Of a stretch of 64,000 nt of DNA, positions 1-11,519 are shown piece after piece. The notes under the pieces were generated by a model, which saw only the letters and a program-made list of their open reading frames with translations, had not been told where the DNA came from and made no database searches. The DNA lies in the IMG/VR virus record IMGVR_UViG_3300021399_000111, positions 32,001-96,000 of that record. One strand, 5' to 3'. Both the position numbers and the translations under genes were made by a program. Position 1 is the stretch's first letter; each line of letters begins with the position of its first letter. The stretch comes from a virus (Duplodnaviria > Caudoviricetes).

Positions 1-3000
1 TTCTTTTGTTATGGATTCCCATTAGATAACAGTCATCTTCCTAGTAAAGACATTTACATTAAAAATATTTCTTTAAAATCTGTTGCGGCAATCGCTCAAG
101 ATGAAAATGGTTACATCTTAACCTTAAATGCAACTGAAGGCTTATTTTTTAATGAAGGGTATAATCCAGTTAAAAAGATAACTCCTACTTTAAAAATCAA
201 TGGAAAAACTGTTGATTTTATGCATGGAAAAGATACAAAAGTATTCTGGTTTAAACAGAATAGTATGATTAACGCACAGAATGAAAGATATTTAAGTTAT
301 GCGGGGCCGGGTTGGGAGTGTTTAAATGAGTCTACGGGAGTAACAAACAACCCTGATGGTAGCGTTACATTAGATTGGGTTACAAATAATAGTACATTAA
401 TTGTTAATAAACAAGATATTTATGATACAATGATATATAAATGTATTATTATTTATGATGGAAAACAGGTTTCCGCAAATATAGAATTAACTAATACAAT
501 TAGTAATGCTTTTCTCGTATTAAATACAACTACTGGTTCTAAAAAATATGTACGAAATGCTGGTAAAGTAGAATTCGTTACAGATGTCTATTTTACTAAT
601 GACAGTTATACAAAAACTAGTGCTTATAAAAATAGATTTATTTATTATTGGGGAAGAAGAGATAAGAAAGGTAAATATATTGATGATAATAGTATTGTCA
701 ATGTTGATGATTATAATATAACTTCAAATGGCATTACAGCAGAATCATTAAATGAATGCGTATCTAAAAATGTTAGAGGTATCGTTCAGCCTTTATATGA
801 AAGTATTTTTTCAATTCCAGTTTCTTTAATAGATGAATCTAATACTTTCTATTGTACTGCACTTTATGTTGATGACAATAATAATCTTATTACTATTGGT
901 ACAAAAGAAATTATAATTACAACAACTGATTATGAAGGTTATCAATTAATTGTTGATAATGAAAATACTTTATATAAATATGATGTTGATGGTGATAGTC
1001 CTATGGGTGAAGCTTATGATGGCCCATCTACATCTAAGATCACTGCAACAAAACCATTAACATTTAGAGTTAATAAACCAGATGGAACTGAATTAACTGA
1101 TAGTGAATATTTGGCTTTACATTATGTTTGGAAAATTCCTAAAAATTCTTTATTTGTAGTTAGAGAGTATACAGATGAAGATGATGATTATAAATATGTA
1201 AGAGGAACTGATGGGCATGATGTAGGATTAAGTTATGGGATAGCTAGCCGCTTTTCACCGGCTGCCGCAGATAAAAAATTAACTTTGACTATTGATTTTA
1301 ATGGAACAACAATAGAAAAGCAAGTTAATATTATTTTTATGAAAGAAGGTGAAGGTGGAACTAATGGGACTGCGTATGCGGCGGTCCTTGTTTCGGGAGC
1401 TTCTATCGAGAGCGAGTGTAGTCCTTATTCTGATGATAAAAAATTAATTTATAAAATGTCAGAGGAAAAGGGAGGATATTTAATATATTTTTTTAATTAT
1501 TCTACAAACAGTTGGGATTTTGATAGTAGTAGCTATTATCCTATTTATCCTAGAGTATATCGAGATAGTGAATTATTAGATCCTAGTGCTTATAATATTG
1601 AGTATTCTATGTTTGATAGTTCAGAGAAATCTGGCACAGCAAATCCTTATTTTGAGATTCCTGAAGGGGAAAAAGGTGGAAATACTTCAGGTAAAGGAAT
1701 TGTAATACATAGTGAAAACCCTAATTATAATCCAGAAGAAGTTCCTTGTACTGTTTTACAGGCTAAAATAACGGTATATCCTGGTAATGCGGGTACACCG
1801 CGTGGCAATGATAGGCCTTTAGGATCTCCATTTATTATATACGCATATTATCCTATTGATATATTTTTTGTTTATGATTATATGAATAGGGATTTATTAC
1901 CAAAAATTAATAATGGGTTTAATCAAGTAATGTATGAATCAGATGGTACAAATCCTTCTTATTCTAGTTCTCAATTTACTTTTGATTTATGTTCGTTGAC
2001 CTCTTCAGAAGATGCTGGGACTATCGACTCTATATTGGACAATGAGAATACTTACTATACATTAACTGCAAATGGAGATACTATTGGAGGACATTTAAAA
2101 TTAAATGGTACTCCTACTGTTTTAGAGTCCGGTTCGACTATTGCTATGCAAGTTAAGCCAGATATGAAATATGATGATGGTAATGCTCATACTTATGTAA
2201 GTGCAGTAATTACTCAAAATAATACTAATTGGAATTCTAAAAAATTACAACAAAAACAAAATGAATTAGAAGATAAGCTTGATAAAATAGGTAATCAACT
2301 TAGCCAATTAGAAAATAGTAAAGAGGCATTACAAAGTTTTGCTAATGAATTTAATTTTAATAATTATATTAATGCATTAAAAGAATTACAAACATTTTTA
2401 AATGAAAAAGAAACAGGTATTATTAAATTAAAAAATATTCTTCAATATTGTGATGAAATTTTATCTTATATAAATATTCAAAAAGCTTTTAATAATCCTA
2501 ATATTGAATATGTATGTTATAGCACTATTGATGTTATAAATACATTAATGATTGATGTATATCAAGCGCAAAAACAGATTAATCATTTAGATAATAGTCC
2601 AGGATATACTCCTAGTGATTTAATTTCATTAAGTTCAGATGAAATACCTTGGGATTCTACTATTGAGGAAAATTATAAAAATAGCTTAGGCTTAAATTGT
2701 ATGATTACAATAAGGTCTGCAAAAGATGATATTAATAATAATATTTCCGCATATCAAAATATTTATGATTTATTATTAAATACTTCTAGTGAAACTATTG
2801 ATAGTTTTAATGGAATTATAAATGATATTACTTCTGCTTGCAGTTATATTACTGATGATAAATTACCTGAATATGTTGATTTAAAAAATAAAATTCTTAA
2901 ATATTTAGATGAATTTAAAAAGCATTCTTCTATTACAGAATTAATTAATATTTTAAATCAAATGTATTTTAATGTTTTAAGAGGTACTTTTGATTTAAGC

Positions 3001-5511
3001 GGGAGCTCTTTAAAATTATCTGCTGCAACGGAAAATTATTTTGAAAAAACAGAAAATAATTTGAAGATTCAAGGAAATTCGATTTCTGCTTTATATAATT
3101 ATGTTTATAATTGTAGACGTCGTTGGCAAAACGGACTTCCTATAGAATTGGCTAGATATGTTCGTTCAATTCCTATTTATTATAGTAGAATAGGCCTTGC
3201 TGAATTAGATGCATGGGATGGAAATAAAGTTGATATTGGTGATGACTATATATTAACGCCATGGATGGGTGCTGGTAAAACTGATACTGAAAATAAATTT
3301 ACTGGTATACTCATGGGAGCCGTTATGAAGAGGAGCGGCCGCCACATAGGTTTATTTGGTTATAGTAAAGAAATTCAAACTTTATTTTTAGATGCGGAAA
3401 AAGGTTCTGCAATCTTTGGAAAAGCGGGTAATGGACAACTTTATTTAGATCCAGATAAAGATCAATTAATGATATATAGTTCTAACTTTTGGAAAAATTA
3501 TACAACAGATGGCTATCCAAATGGCTATGATCCAACGAATGAAAATGGAGAAGGATTATGTATTAATTTTTCAGAACCTTATATTAGATATGGTAATGGG
3601 AAGTTTACTGTCGATAAAAATGGTAATGCACATATTGGCGGAAATGGTGATAGTGATGTAGGTGGATGGGATATCCATGATACATATTTAGCTTCCGCAA
3701 ATTATGAATCAAGTGGGCATACTGTTGGTATTAAATTAGATGCTTTAAATAATGCTATTATTTTTGGAGCTTCTGATGGTGTAATTTATTCTGGACAACA
3801 TGATTCTCTTGATAAAACGGAGCCTGGTTTTTATTTAAGTAATCAAGGAATTTCTATTGGGAAAGGCTTTCAAGTTGATGAAGGTGGAATTCTTCGTTTA
3901 GGAAATCCTACACAAGGAGGCTATTTTGAAGTTAATTCAAGAGAAAATGAACTTAGTTCTTTTGATCCATGGCAAAGTGATTTTATACATGTTGGATTTT
4001 TAGCTTATAATTCAAGTTCAGATCCTAGTTATACAAATTATCAAAAATTTGGTGCATATCTTCCTTCTGTTAGAAGATATTTAACACCCCAAATTGAAGA
4101 AGAAAGTTCTGGTACTTATGTTGATCCGGGAGGTCATACTCAATTACTCAAATGGAACTATTTAAGATGTATGCGAGATATTGTTGATACATGGCAAATT
4201 GGAACAGATACTTTGTTAGGAAGAATTTCTAAATTCTTATATAATAAAACATTAGGGGAATATACTATTTTTAGAGATTACCCAAAACCGCCTGTTCAAT
4301 TTGTACCAGGAGGATTTAATGACCATGAAGTATATGTTGGTATAGATGGAATTCGACTTGGTAAATATTTTGCAGTAAATAATGAAGGTAGTTTACAAGC
4401 AGTTGGTTCTTCTTTTAGTCATTGTGTAATAGATAATACTTATATTAAATATGCTTATATTGAAAATGCTTGTTTAAGCGGGACCGAAAATCCTATTGAA
4501 ATACATGATACTAAAATAAAAAATGCTGTTATAGAACAGGGTGATTTATATGGAACTCCTGAAGAGCCTATTGAAATCGCTTATGCTCATTTATATGGAG
4601 ATAATACTCCAGATGTAAGGAATCCTGAAGGACATCCTATTACGATTGACTATGTGCAACTTACAGACGCTAAGGTTGTCAATGATATGGATGTTGAGGG
4701 AGATTTAATTGTAGCTGAAGAAAAAGGTATTAGATATAAATATTCATTAGGAGGACACCCAGAACAATTTAAAACTCAAAGATTATTACTCCCACCAGAA
4801 ATGGGGCACGGAGTAATTGATTATAAAAGAAGGTATATTGATATAGGATTTTTCCCTGAGATTGGGGATACTTATTATGCTGATGTAAGAGGTAACCCAA
4901 GTGTTTGGGCAAGCCATGCTTTTTATTCAGGTATTAAAGAATATGATTATCCACAGGATTATGAAGGTGAAAAATTAGGAGAATGTCGTTATGCTACTTG
5001 GGGACTTTCTTTAACAGAAAATCATGTTTTTGAATATGCTGTTAATGGATATGATGAGGTGTGGACTGCAGGAGGTTCTGTTGATAGAGTTTTTGGGTAT
5101 CCTCATGTATATTTTAAAACAAATAATAAAGATGGTATTAATGCAGAAGTTTATGGTAATTTCCATGGAACTTTTACTCCAGATACAGATGTATCAGATA
5201 TAAGATATAAACAATTACATTCTGAGTGGATTAATCCTGAATTATCTAAAAAATTAATTTGCAGTATAAATCCAATAGCATTTATTTATACAAATGGAAC
5301 AAAAGGAAATCATAGAGGATTTTCAGCTCAACAAGTTAAAGCAGTATTAGATGAATTAGGTTTACCTGAACAGATTTATTATTATGATGAAAAAGAAGAT
5401 AAATATTATTTATCAAAAGATGAATTGATACCAGATCTTGTAAATTGTATACAAGATCTGTATAAACAAATAGAAGAGTTAAAGGAGAAAATTAATGAAC
5501 ACACAAATTGA
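1..5511 (+). CDS. Large tail/tail-fibre protein with C-terminal intramolecular chaperone (peptidase S74-like); 5'-truncated by window edge
   Basis: Frame is open from base 1 into the 220..5511 ORF. C-terminus has SDIRYK...GFSAQQV...LIPDLVNCIQDLYKQIEELK, the typical S74 chaperone pattern. Beta-rich G/D repeats; tail-module context. Confidence 0.8.
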   Translation, partial: FFCYGFPLDNSHLPSKDIYIKNISLKSVAAIAQDENGYILTLNATEGLFFNEGYNPVKKITPTLKINGKTVDFMHGKDTKVFWFKQNSMINAQNERYLSYAGPGWECLNESTGVTNNPDGSVTLDWVTNNSTLIVNKQDIYDTMIYKCIIIYDGKQVSANIELTNTISNAFLVLNTTTGSKKYVRNAGKVEFVTDVYFTNDSYTKTSAYKNRFIYYWGRRDKKGKYIDDNSIVNVDDYNITSNGITAESLNECVSKNVRGIVQPLYESIFSIPVSLIDESNTFYCTALYVDDNNNLITIGTKEIIITTTDYEGYQLIVDNENTLYKYDVDGDSPMGEAYDGPSTSKITATKPLTFRVNKPDGTELTDSEYLALHYVWKIPKNSLFVVREYTDEDDDYKYVRGTDGHDVGLSYGIASRFSPAAADKKLTLTIDFNGTTIEKQVNIIFMKEGEGGTNGTAYAAVLVSGASIESECSPYSDDKKLIYKMSEEKGGYLIYFFNYSTNSWDFDSSSYYPIYPRVYRDSELLDPSAYNIEYSMFDSSEKSGTANPYFEIPEGEKGGNTSGKGIVIHSENPNYNPEEVPCTVLQAKITVYPGNAGTPRGNDRPLGSPFIIYAYYPIDIFFVYDYMNRDLLPKINNGFNQVMYESDGTNPSYSSSQFTFDLCSLTSSEDAGTIDSILDNENTYYTLTANGDTIGGHLKLNGTPTVLESGSTIAMQVKPDMKYDDGNAHTYVSAVITQNNTNWNSKKLQQKQNELEDKLDKIGNQLSQLENSKEALQSFANEFNFNNYINALKELQTFLNEKETGIIKLKNILQYCDEILSYINIQKAFNNPNIEYVCYSTIDVINTLMIDVYQAQKQINHLDNSPGYTPSDLISLSSDEIPWDSTIEENYKNSLGLNCMITIRSAKDDINNNISAYQNIYDLLLNTSSETIDSFNGIINDITSACSYITDDKLPEYVDLKNKILKYLDEFKKHSSITELINILNQMYFNVLRGTFDLSGSSLKLSAATENYFEKTENNLKIQGNSISALYNYVYNCRRRWQNGLPIELARYVRSIPIYYSRIGLAELDAWDGNKVDIGDDYILTPWMGAGKTDTENKFTGILMGAVMKRSGRHIGLFGYSKEIQTLFLDAEKGSAIFGKAGNGQLYLDPDKDQLMIYSSNFWKNYTTDGYPNGYDPTNENGEGLCINFSEPYIRYGNGKFTVDKNGNAHIGGNGDSDVGGWDIHDTYLASANYESSGHTVGIKLDALNNAIIFGASDGVIYSGQHDSLDKTEPGFYLSNQGISIGKGFQVDEGGILRLGNPTQGGYFEVNSRENELSSFDPWQSDFIHVGFLAYNSSSDPSYTNYQKFGAYLPSVRRYLTPQIEEESSGTYVDPGGHTQLLKWNYLRCMRDIVDTWQIGTDTLLGRISKFLYNKTLGEYTIFRDYPKPPVQFVPGGFNDHEVYVGIDGIRLGKYFAVNNEGSLQAVGSSFSHCVIDNTYIKYAYIENACLSGTENPIEIHDTKIKNAVIEQGDLYGTPEEPIEIAYAHLYGDNTPDVRNPEGHPITIDYVQLTDAKVVNDMDVEGDLIVAEEKGIRYKYSLGGHPEQFKTQRLLLPPEMGHGVIDYKRRYIDIGFFPEIGDTYYADVRGNPSVWASHAFYSGIKEYDYPQDYEGEKLGECRYATWGLSLTENHVFEYAVNGYDEVWTAGGSVDRVFGYPHVYFKTNNKDGINAEVYGNFHGTFTPDTDVSDIRYKQLHSEWINPELSKKLICSINPIAFIYTNGTKGNHRGFSAQQVKAVLDELGLPEQIYYYDEKEDKYYLSKDELIPDLVNCIQDLYKQIEELKEKINEHTN

Positions 5512-5683
5512 ACAATTTAGAAAAAAGTTATTAAATTGTATTGCACAAGAGAAACTTCCTGTTGGAGTAACATTTTTAATTTTAAAAGATATTTTAAATG
5601 ATGTTGCTCTTGCTTATGACCAGGTTCTTGCTCAAGAGCAACAAAAAGCTAAAGAAACTGAGGTAAAGGAGGAAGAAGAATAA
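5495..5683 (+). CDS. Small hypothetical protein downstream of tail fibre
   Basis: 62-aa ORF overlapping the upstream stop, with an AAGGAG SD. Confidence 0.6.
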   Translation: MNTQIEQFRKKLLNCIAQEKLPVGVTFLILKDILNDVALAYDQVLAQEQQKAKETEVKEEEE

Positions 5684-5684
5684 T

Positions 5685-6026
5685 ATGGATATTCAAACAA
5701 TTGTTGCTATTATTACAGTAATTATTGTTCTTGCGGCAGCCACTATTTCAGGATTTTTATTTTTTGTTAAGTTACCTAAAGAACAGAAAATTAAAAATCT
5801 TAAAGAATGGCTCAAGTGGGCAGTTGTTGAGGCTGAAAAAGCATTAGGCTCAGGTACTGGTCAGCTTAAGCTTAGAATGGTGTATGACATGGCCGCCGCC
5901 AAGTTTCCTTGGGTAGTCAAACTTGTTTCTTTTGATTTATTTAGTGCATGGGTTGATGAAGCATTAGAATGGATGCGGAAACAATTAAGTGAAAATAAAG
6001 CATTAAAATGTTATGTAAATGAATAA
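5685..6026 (+). CDS. Putative holin (LL-H-like)
   Basis: One N-terminal TM helix followed by WLKWAVVEAEKALGSGTGQLKL, as in LL-H-type holins; GGAGG SD. Confidence 0.65.
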   Translation: MDIQTIVAIITVIIVLAAATISGFLFFVKLPKEQKIKNLKEWLKWAVVEAEKALGSGTGQLKLRMVYDMAAAKFPWVVKLVSFDLFSAWVDEALEWMRKQLSENKALKCYVNE

Positions 6027-6034
6027 TTATTATG

Positions 6035-6067
6035 TAGGGGATGTAGAAATACATCCCCTATTTTTTT
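6035..6067 (+). terminator. Rho-independent terminator
   Basis: TAGGGGATGTA-GAAA-TACATCCCCTA followed by T7. Confidence 0.9.
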
Positions 6068-6149
6068 GGTTATAAGTCATTAATTCATTTATGCAAAAAT
6101 CTAATTATTTAGAAGGGAATCTTTAAATTGGAAGAAAGAGGTGACTCTA

Positions 6150-6656
6150 ATGATAGAATTAATTAATACATATGGAGTAGATCAAATTATTGTTATAATT
6201 GTGATGCTCTCTTTAGCAACTAAAGGTACACTTGATTTTATTGAGTGGGTGTTAAATAAATGCCGAAATAAATTTAATATTGAGTACAATAAGAAAAAAA
6301 GAGAAGAGAAAATAGATAATCAATATGAAATTTATGAAAAACAATATCAAGCATTAATTGATAGATATGAATCTCTTGATAAAAAGTTAGATTCTGCTTA
6401 TGATGTTTTCAAAGATAGATTAGATGGCATTGAAGGGAAAGTTAATCAGCTTACTCGATCTGATATGCATGACATAAAGGGATGGATTGTAGAGAAACAT
6501 CATAAACTTATTACCCAAGGATGGGTTGATGATTTTACAATGGATACTCTTGAAAAAAGATATTCAGATTATATTGCGGAAAAAGGTAATTCTTATGTAG
6601 AAGGATTAATGAATGAAATTCGCGCACTCCAGCATGTTTCACATAAAAATAATTGA
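6150..6656 (+). CDS. Membrane-anchored coiled-coil protein (possibly lysis-associated)
   Basis: N-terminal hydrophobic stretch then coiled coil; ATG at 6150 follows a GAGGTG SD. Confidence 0.55.
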   Translation: MIELINTYGVDQIIVIIVMLSLATKGTLDFIEWVLNKCRNKFNIEYNKKKREEKIDNQYEIYEKQYQALIDRYESLDKKLDSAYDVFKDRLDGIEGKVNQLTRSDMHDIKGWIVEKHHKLITQGWVDDFTMDTLEKRYSDYIAEKGNSYVEGLMNEIRALQHVSHKNN

Positions 6657-6688
6657 TAAATTTTGGAGATAAAAGGAGGGATAATAAA

Positions 6689-8542
6689 ATGGCTTCTACA
6701 ACTTTATATCCACCTAATGTACCTAGTTATATACCTGCTTTTTCTATAAGACCAGATCCATTTATGGATAGGTGTAATTTAATTTTTACTTTGTCAGATA
6801 TTAATATGGATACAAATCAAGTTCAAGGTATCCATGTTTCTATTATTAAACAGTCAACTGGCAAAAGTGTTATAAATAAAAATTATAATAGGAATGGTTA
6901 TTATGGAGGATCTGGTATTCTTATTATAAATACAACATTAGATAATCTTTCTCACTACGAAAAAAATAATGAAACATTTTATAGATTAACGCTTACAGGA
7001 GATTATGTTACAATAGGAGATACTATAGGGTGGGGAATTGGATGGATTTATAAAATACAAATAAGATTTTCATCTGTTGCATATGATGAATCTATAGGAC
7101 AAACTGCTTGGTTAAATCTTAATGCCAATAACTTTTCAGAGTGGTCTACTTTTTGTGTCACGAAGGGTATTGGAAGACCAGTATGGACTTGTCCTTTAGC
7201 AGATAAAGATCTTATTACTATTAATAGCTCTACTTTAAATTTTATTGCAGATTATCAAAATCAAGATACTAGTGAAATTTTATATAGTTATAATTTAACA
7301 TTAATGAAGTATATATCTTCTCATAAATATAATGAAAGTACTGAAGAAGAATATGATTATGATAGTACAGAAGAAGTTCTTGAAGAGACAAATGAAATTT
7401 ATACTAATCAATATTATAATCCCAATCAAGTTCAATATAATTTTAAAAGTAAATTACAACCAACAGAAGAAACAGATGAAATTATAGAACCTGGTATACA
7501 TTTAATTACAGAAATTGAATATGAATTGCATATGGATTATACTACTTTAAATAAATATAATAATTCTTTTTATTATTATATTGATGTAGAATATTCAGAA
7601 GATGCACAAACTCCTGTTCAAGTGATTACCGCAGATAATATTGATGCGGTAAGTGACCAATCTTTTAAAGATGATTTTAATTCTCATACTTTTATAGCTC
7701 AAGAAGAAGAAGAAGGTAGAATTGGATTAAAATTGTATCTTAATGATGATACTCCTCGTGATGATACTTTTATTATTACAAGAGCAGATAGTAAAGATAA
7801 TTTTCAAACTTGGACAGATATTAAATGGGTATTTTGTTATGAAACTGTAATTAATGAATTACCTATGATTTATGACTACACAATAGAAAGTGGTATTTGG
7901 TATAAATATAGTATTCAAACTTATAGATATGATGATGAACATGGTGTTTATGTACGAGGTATGATGAATACTATGACTATCCCAATAATTCGTGAATTTG
8001 AATTTGCTTATTTAATAGGGGAAGGCGGGCGCCAGCTTAAATTAAAATTTAATAATACTATGAATAATTATACATATAATCTTTCAGATGGAAAACAAGA
8101 TCCAATTGGTGGCCAATATCCTTTTATTTCTAGAAATGGCAATTTAAAATATAGAACAATACCTATTAATGGATTAATTTCATTTAATATGGATGAACAA
8201 GAATTGTTTACAACAGATCTTGAATTATATAAATATCCAGAAATTGTTGAATTATATCAAAATAGACATAAAAAATATTATGATTATGATTATATTAAAG
8301 AGAGAGATTTTAGAGAAGCAGTTTTAGCATTTTTACAAGATGGTAAACCAAAACTTTTTAAATCTACAACTGAAGGCAATATAATTATAAGATTAATAGG
8401 GGTTTCCGCACAGCCTAATCAAACTTTAAATAGAATGATATATAGCTTTACCGCCACTGGACATGAAATTGCGGATGCCACTATGGAAAATTATCTAAAA
8501 TATAAGTTCTACTCTACTGGTGAAGAGGAGGACGAAATATGA
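6689..8542 (+). CDS. Virion structural (tail/baseplate) protein
   Basis: Start MASTT at 6689 follows AGGAGG; large beta-rich protein in the tail module. Confidence 0.55.
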   Translation: MASTTLYPPNVPSYIPAFSIRPDPFMDRCNLIFTLSDINMDTNQVQGIHVSIIKQSTGKSVINKNYNRNGYYGGSGILIINTTLDNLSHYEKNNETFYRLTLTGDYVTIGDTIGWGIGWIYKIQIRFSSVAYDESIGQTAWLNLNANNFSEWSTFCVTKGIGRPVWTCPLADKDLITINSSTLNFIADYQNQDTSEILYSYNLTLMKYISSHKYNESTEEEYDYDSTEEVLEETNEIYTNQYYNPNQVQYNFKSKLQPTEETDEIIEPGIHLITEIEYELHMDYTTLNKYNNSFYYYIDVEYSEDAQTPVQVITADNIDAVSDQSFKDDFNSHTFIAQEEEEGRIGLKLYLNDDTPRDDTFIITRADSKDNFQTWTDIKWVFCYETVINELPMIYDYTIESGIWYKYSIQTYRYDDEHGVYVRGMMNTMTIPIIREFEFAYLIGEGGRQLKLKFNNTMNNYTYNLSDGKQDPIGGQYPFISRNGNLKYRTIPINGLISFNMDEQELFTTDLELYKYPEIVELYQNRHKKYYDYDYIKERDFREAVLAFLQDGKPKLFKSTTEGNIIIRLIGVSAQPNQTLNRMIYSFTATGHEIADATMENYLKYKFYSTGEEEDEI

Positions 8543-10764
8543 GAGATATAGATAAAGTTCTCGACGCTGAATTTTTAAAAGCACTAGATAAAGAAAATAT
8601 TAAAGTTTATTATGCTAAATTAATAATTTTAGATAAAGATGATGTGCCGATCCGCCCCATTGAGGGGCGGGTCTCCGCAGGCTCATTATCAATTAATGGT
8701 AATTCTTCTGTTAGAAGAGCTGGTAATATCTCTTTTTTGGCGGAAGAGGGGAATAATGATTTAACAGATATAGATAATTTATTATCTATTAATAAAAAAG
8801 TTAAAATTTTAATTGGTTTTGAGAACCATATTAATGATGACTATCCTCCTATTATTTGGTTTAATCAAGGAATTTTTGTTATTTCAAAACCTAGTTTACA
8901 GCATACTGTTAGCGGCGTTGTTATATCTTTACAACTTAAAGATAAAATGGCATTATTGAATGGAGATGCGGGAGGCAAATTACCTACTTCTATTATTTTC
9001 CATGAATATGACCAAGTTATAGGTTTTGATGATAATGAAGGACACAATGCAGAATATTATTTTTCTGATGATTATTCTAAAGGTTATCCGCCTTATGATA
9101 CTTTAAATATGCCAGGCACTAATGAAGAAATTAATGGAAATGATTTGTATGTAAACAATTCAAATATTTTTACTGTAGATGAAAAAGAAACGCTTACAAT
9201 TTTGCCTAGCGGGTTGTATGGATATCCAGACTTTCCAGAGAATCCTAACACTTATACTGTCTATTTAGTTTTAGGAAAAATGTATATGTGGAATCAAGCT
9301 AATGGATGGTTTGAAGTTGATCAATCTAAAATTGGTGAAATAATGACAGTTAAGCAAAGAATTTTTGATATTATACAAACATTAGTTTGTAATTATGGTG
9401 GAGAAAGTATTTCTAAAATTATTATTAATGATATTCCTCTTGAATTAAAAGCTTCTGTAAGGAACACTGGAGCTAATACAATTTGGTATAATGCTAGTTC
9501 TGGTGTATATACATTAAATACTGAAGAAACATATGCAGATCCTGATGAATGGCGTCCTTTTAATTACAATGAAGATTGTGGATATATTTATACTGATTTT
9601 ATATATCCAGGAGATTTAGTTTCTTCTATTGGAGATAGTGTATGTAGTATTCTTGATAAAATCATAGGAGTTTTAGGTAATTATGAATACTTTTATGATG
9701 TCGAAGGTAATTTTGTATTTCAAGAAAAAAAGAATTATTTAAATACAAGCTATGAACCTACTGTCTTAGAGATGGATTCAAGTATTTTAAATAGTAATAA
9801 TTATTTAGTTGATTTTAGTCATTATCAAAAATCTATTTATACTTTTGAAGAGGGCAGCTCTTTAATAACCTCTTATTCAAATAGCCCTAATTATGAAAAT
9901 ATTAAAAATGATTATCATATTTGGGGAAAAAATCAAGATGGTTTAGTTATTCATTATCATTTAGTTATTAAAGAAAAACCACCCTATTATAATACAACTA
10001 ATTCATATAGTGAAGAACCTTATATGATAGTTCCTATTGAAGACGAGGATGGAGATCTTACAGGCCGAATTAGACTCGCAGTTGGAGATGAAAAAGGTAT
10101 TCCTTATTATGCAAAAGATTGGCGGGCAGAATTATATCTTCAAGGTTTAACTAAGCAAGCTGATCAAATTAGACCTGATATATATGAGCAAGAAATTCTT
10201 GATTTATTTGATGGTATCTATAGTATGCTTGGTCAAGAATTTAAATATGATATAATTAATAGGCCTAATGATTTATTATACTGGATAGATTATATAGATC
10301 CAGATAGGCTTCATGATTTATCTGTTGAAAGTATAGGTACTAAAATATATAGTTATCAGAAAGAAAAAATTAATAGATTATATAATAGTGATATCCCTGA
10401 TTTAGTATTAATAGATAAAACATTTGCGGATGTTTCACAAGCATATTTAATTGCTAAATGCGAAGAAATTGGACAACCTTATTCAAGAGTTTCACATAAT
10501 GTTTATTCAAATCTCTCTGTTGGAACTGTAGGATATACAGCACAAGAAACAGCGAGAGATTTTTTATATCAATATACAGATTACATGTCATCAATCTCTT
10601 TAACGAGTATTCCAATTTATTATTTAGATGTAAATACAAGAATTACTGTAAATGATAAATCTTCTGGAATATATGGTGATTATATAATTAATTCAATTAA
10701 TTTGCCTTTAGATGCAAAGAATACAATGACCATTTCCGCATCTAGGGCATTAGAAAGAGTTTAA
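8539..10764 (+). CDS. Tail/baseplate hub-like protein (DUF5048-like)
   Basis: IEGRVSAGSLSINGNSSVRR, YEYFYDVEGNFVFQ and C-terminal IPIYYLDVNTRI...GDYIINSINLPL are typical of Firmicutes phage tail proteins. Confidence 0.6.
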   Translation: MRDIDKVLDAEFLKALDKENIKVYYAKLIILDKDDVPIRPIEGRVSAGSLSINGNSSVRRAGNISFLAEEGNNDLTDIDNLLSINKKVKILIGFENHINDDYPPIIWFNQGIFVISKPSLQHTVSGVVISLQLKDKMALLNGDAGGKLPTSIIFHEYDQVIGFDDNEGHNAEYYFSDDYSKGYPPYDTLNMPGTNEEINGNDLYVNNSNIFTVDEKETLTILPSGLYGYPDFPENPNTYTVYLVLGKMYMWNQANGWFEVDQSKIGEIMTVKQRIFDIIQTLVCNYGGESISKIIINDIPLELKASVRNTGANTIWYNASSGVYTLNTEETYADPDEWRPFNYNEDCGYIYTDFIYPGDLVSSIGDSVCSILDKIIGVLGNYEYFYDVEGNFVFQEKKNYLNTSYEPTVLEMDSSILNSNNYLVDFSHYQKSIYTFEEGSSLITSYSNSPNYENIKNDYHIWGKNQDGLVIHYHLVIKEKPPYYNTTNSYSEEPYMIVPIEDEDGDLTGRIRLAVGDEKGIPYYAKDWRAELYLQGLTKQADQIRPDIYEQEILDLFDGIYSMLGQEFKYDIINRPNDLLYWIDYIDPDRLHDLSVESIGTKIYSYQKEKINRLYNSDIPDLVLIDKTFADVSQAYLIAKCEEIGQPYSRVSHNVYSNLSVGTVGYTAQETARDFLYQYTDYMSSISLTSIPIYYLDVNTRITVNDKSSGIYGDYIINSINLPLDAKNTMTISASRALERV

Positions 10765-10778
10765 AGGAGGTAAAAGAT

Positions 10779-11504
10779 ATGGGAGATCCTGTACAAAAAG
10801 ATCCAACACCAGCAACACCAATTTCCGCAGATCCAGAACCTTCTCTTCAAGACTCTCTGAATTTTATTAAACGAATTCGGATACAAAATAATACTCTTAA
10901 AGAGTATGATACTAGATCTCTTGGCGGAAGCGCTCAAAATGTTTATGTTTTATATGATAAAGATGGTGGAATTATTACAGACAATGAGACTGAACCAGAT
11001 GATTATAAAACATTAGCTGAATTTTTAAAAGAAACTAATCTTACTGTTAATAATTTAGCTCCTAAAGACCATTCTTCAATAGAAGGAATTTATGGTTTAG
11101 CAACTGATCAAAAATATGGTCATGTAAAATTAGGGTATGGATTAAAAATTGCGGAAGACGGATCTACAACCTTAGATCGTGAAGCTATTGTATCACCTAA
11201 TGATCCTAGATTATCAGATGCTCGTGAACCAATTAGTCATGCGGCAAGTGATGATTCTTATGGATTAGGCACTTCTACATATTTTGGTCATATAATGATT
11301 TCTGATGATTATGATGTAGAGAATCCTGATGTAGAAGAAAGTGGCGCAGATGCTAGTGTCGCCGCATCCGCATTTGCTCTTCAACAAGCATATCAAACAA
11401 CTCAAGAAGAACTTTCTCATTATTCAACTGCGGAAGAATTATTAGGTATTATGACACAAGAAATAGATTTAGCAGTACAAAATATATTAGGAACGGCATA
11501 CTAA
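10779..11504 (+). CDS. Tail-fibre-type protein with two H-x(6)-YG-x(6)-GH repeats
   Basis: Repeats HSSIEGIYGLATDQKYGHVKL and HAASDDSYGLGTSTYFGHIMI. Confidence 0.6.
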   Translation: MGDPVQKDPTPATPISADPEPSLQDSLNFIKRIRIQNNTLKEYDTRSLGGSAQNVYVLYDKDGGIITDNETEPDDYKTLAEFLKETNLTVNNLAPKDHSSIEGIYGLATDQKYGHVKLGYGLKIAEDGSTTLDREAIVSPNDPRLSDAREPISHAASDDSYGLGTSTYFGHIMISDDYDVENPDVEESGADASVAASAFALQQAYQTTQEELSHYSTAEELLGIMTQEIDLAVQNILGTAY

Positions 11505-11519
11505 GAAAGGGGGATTTAT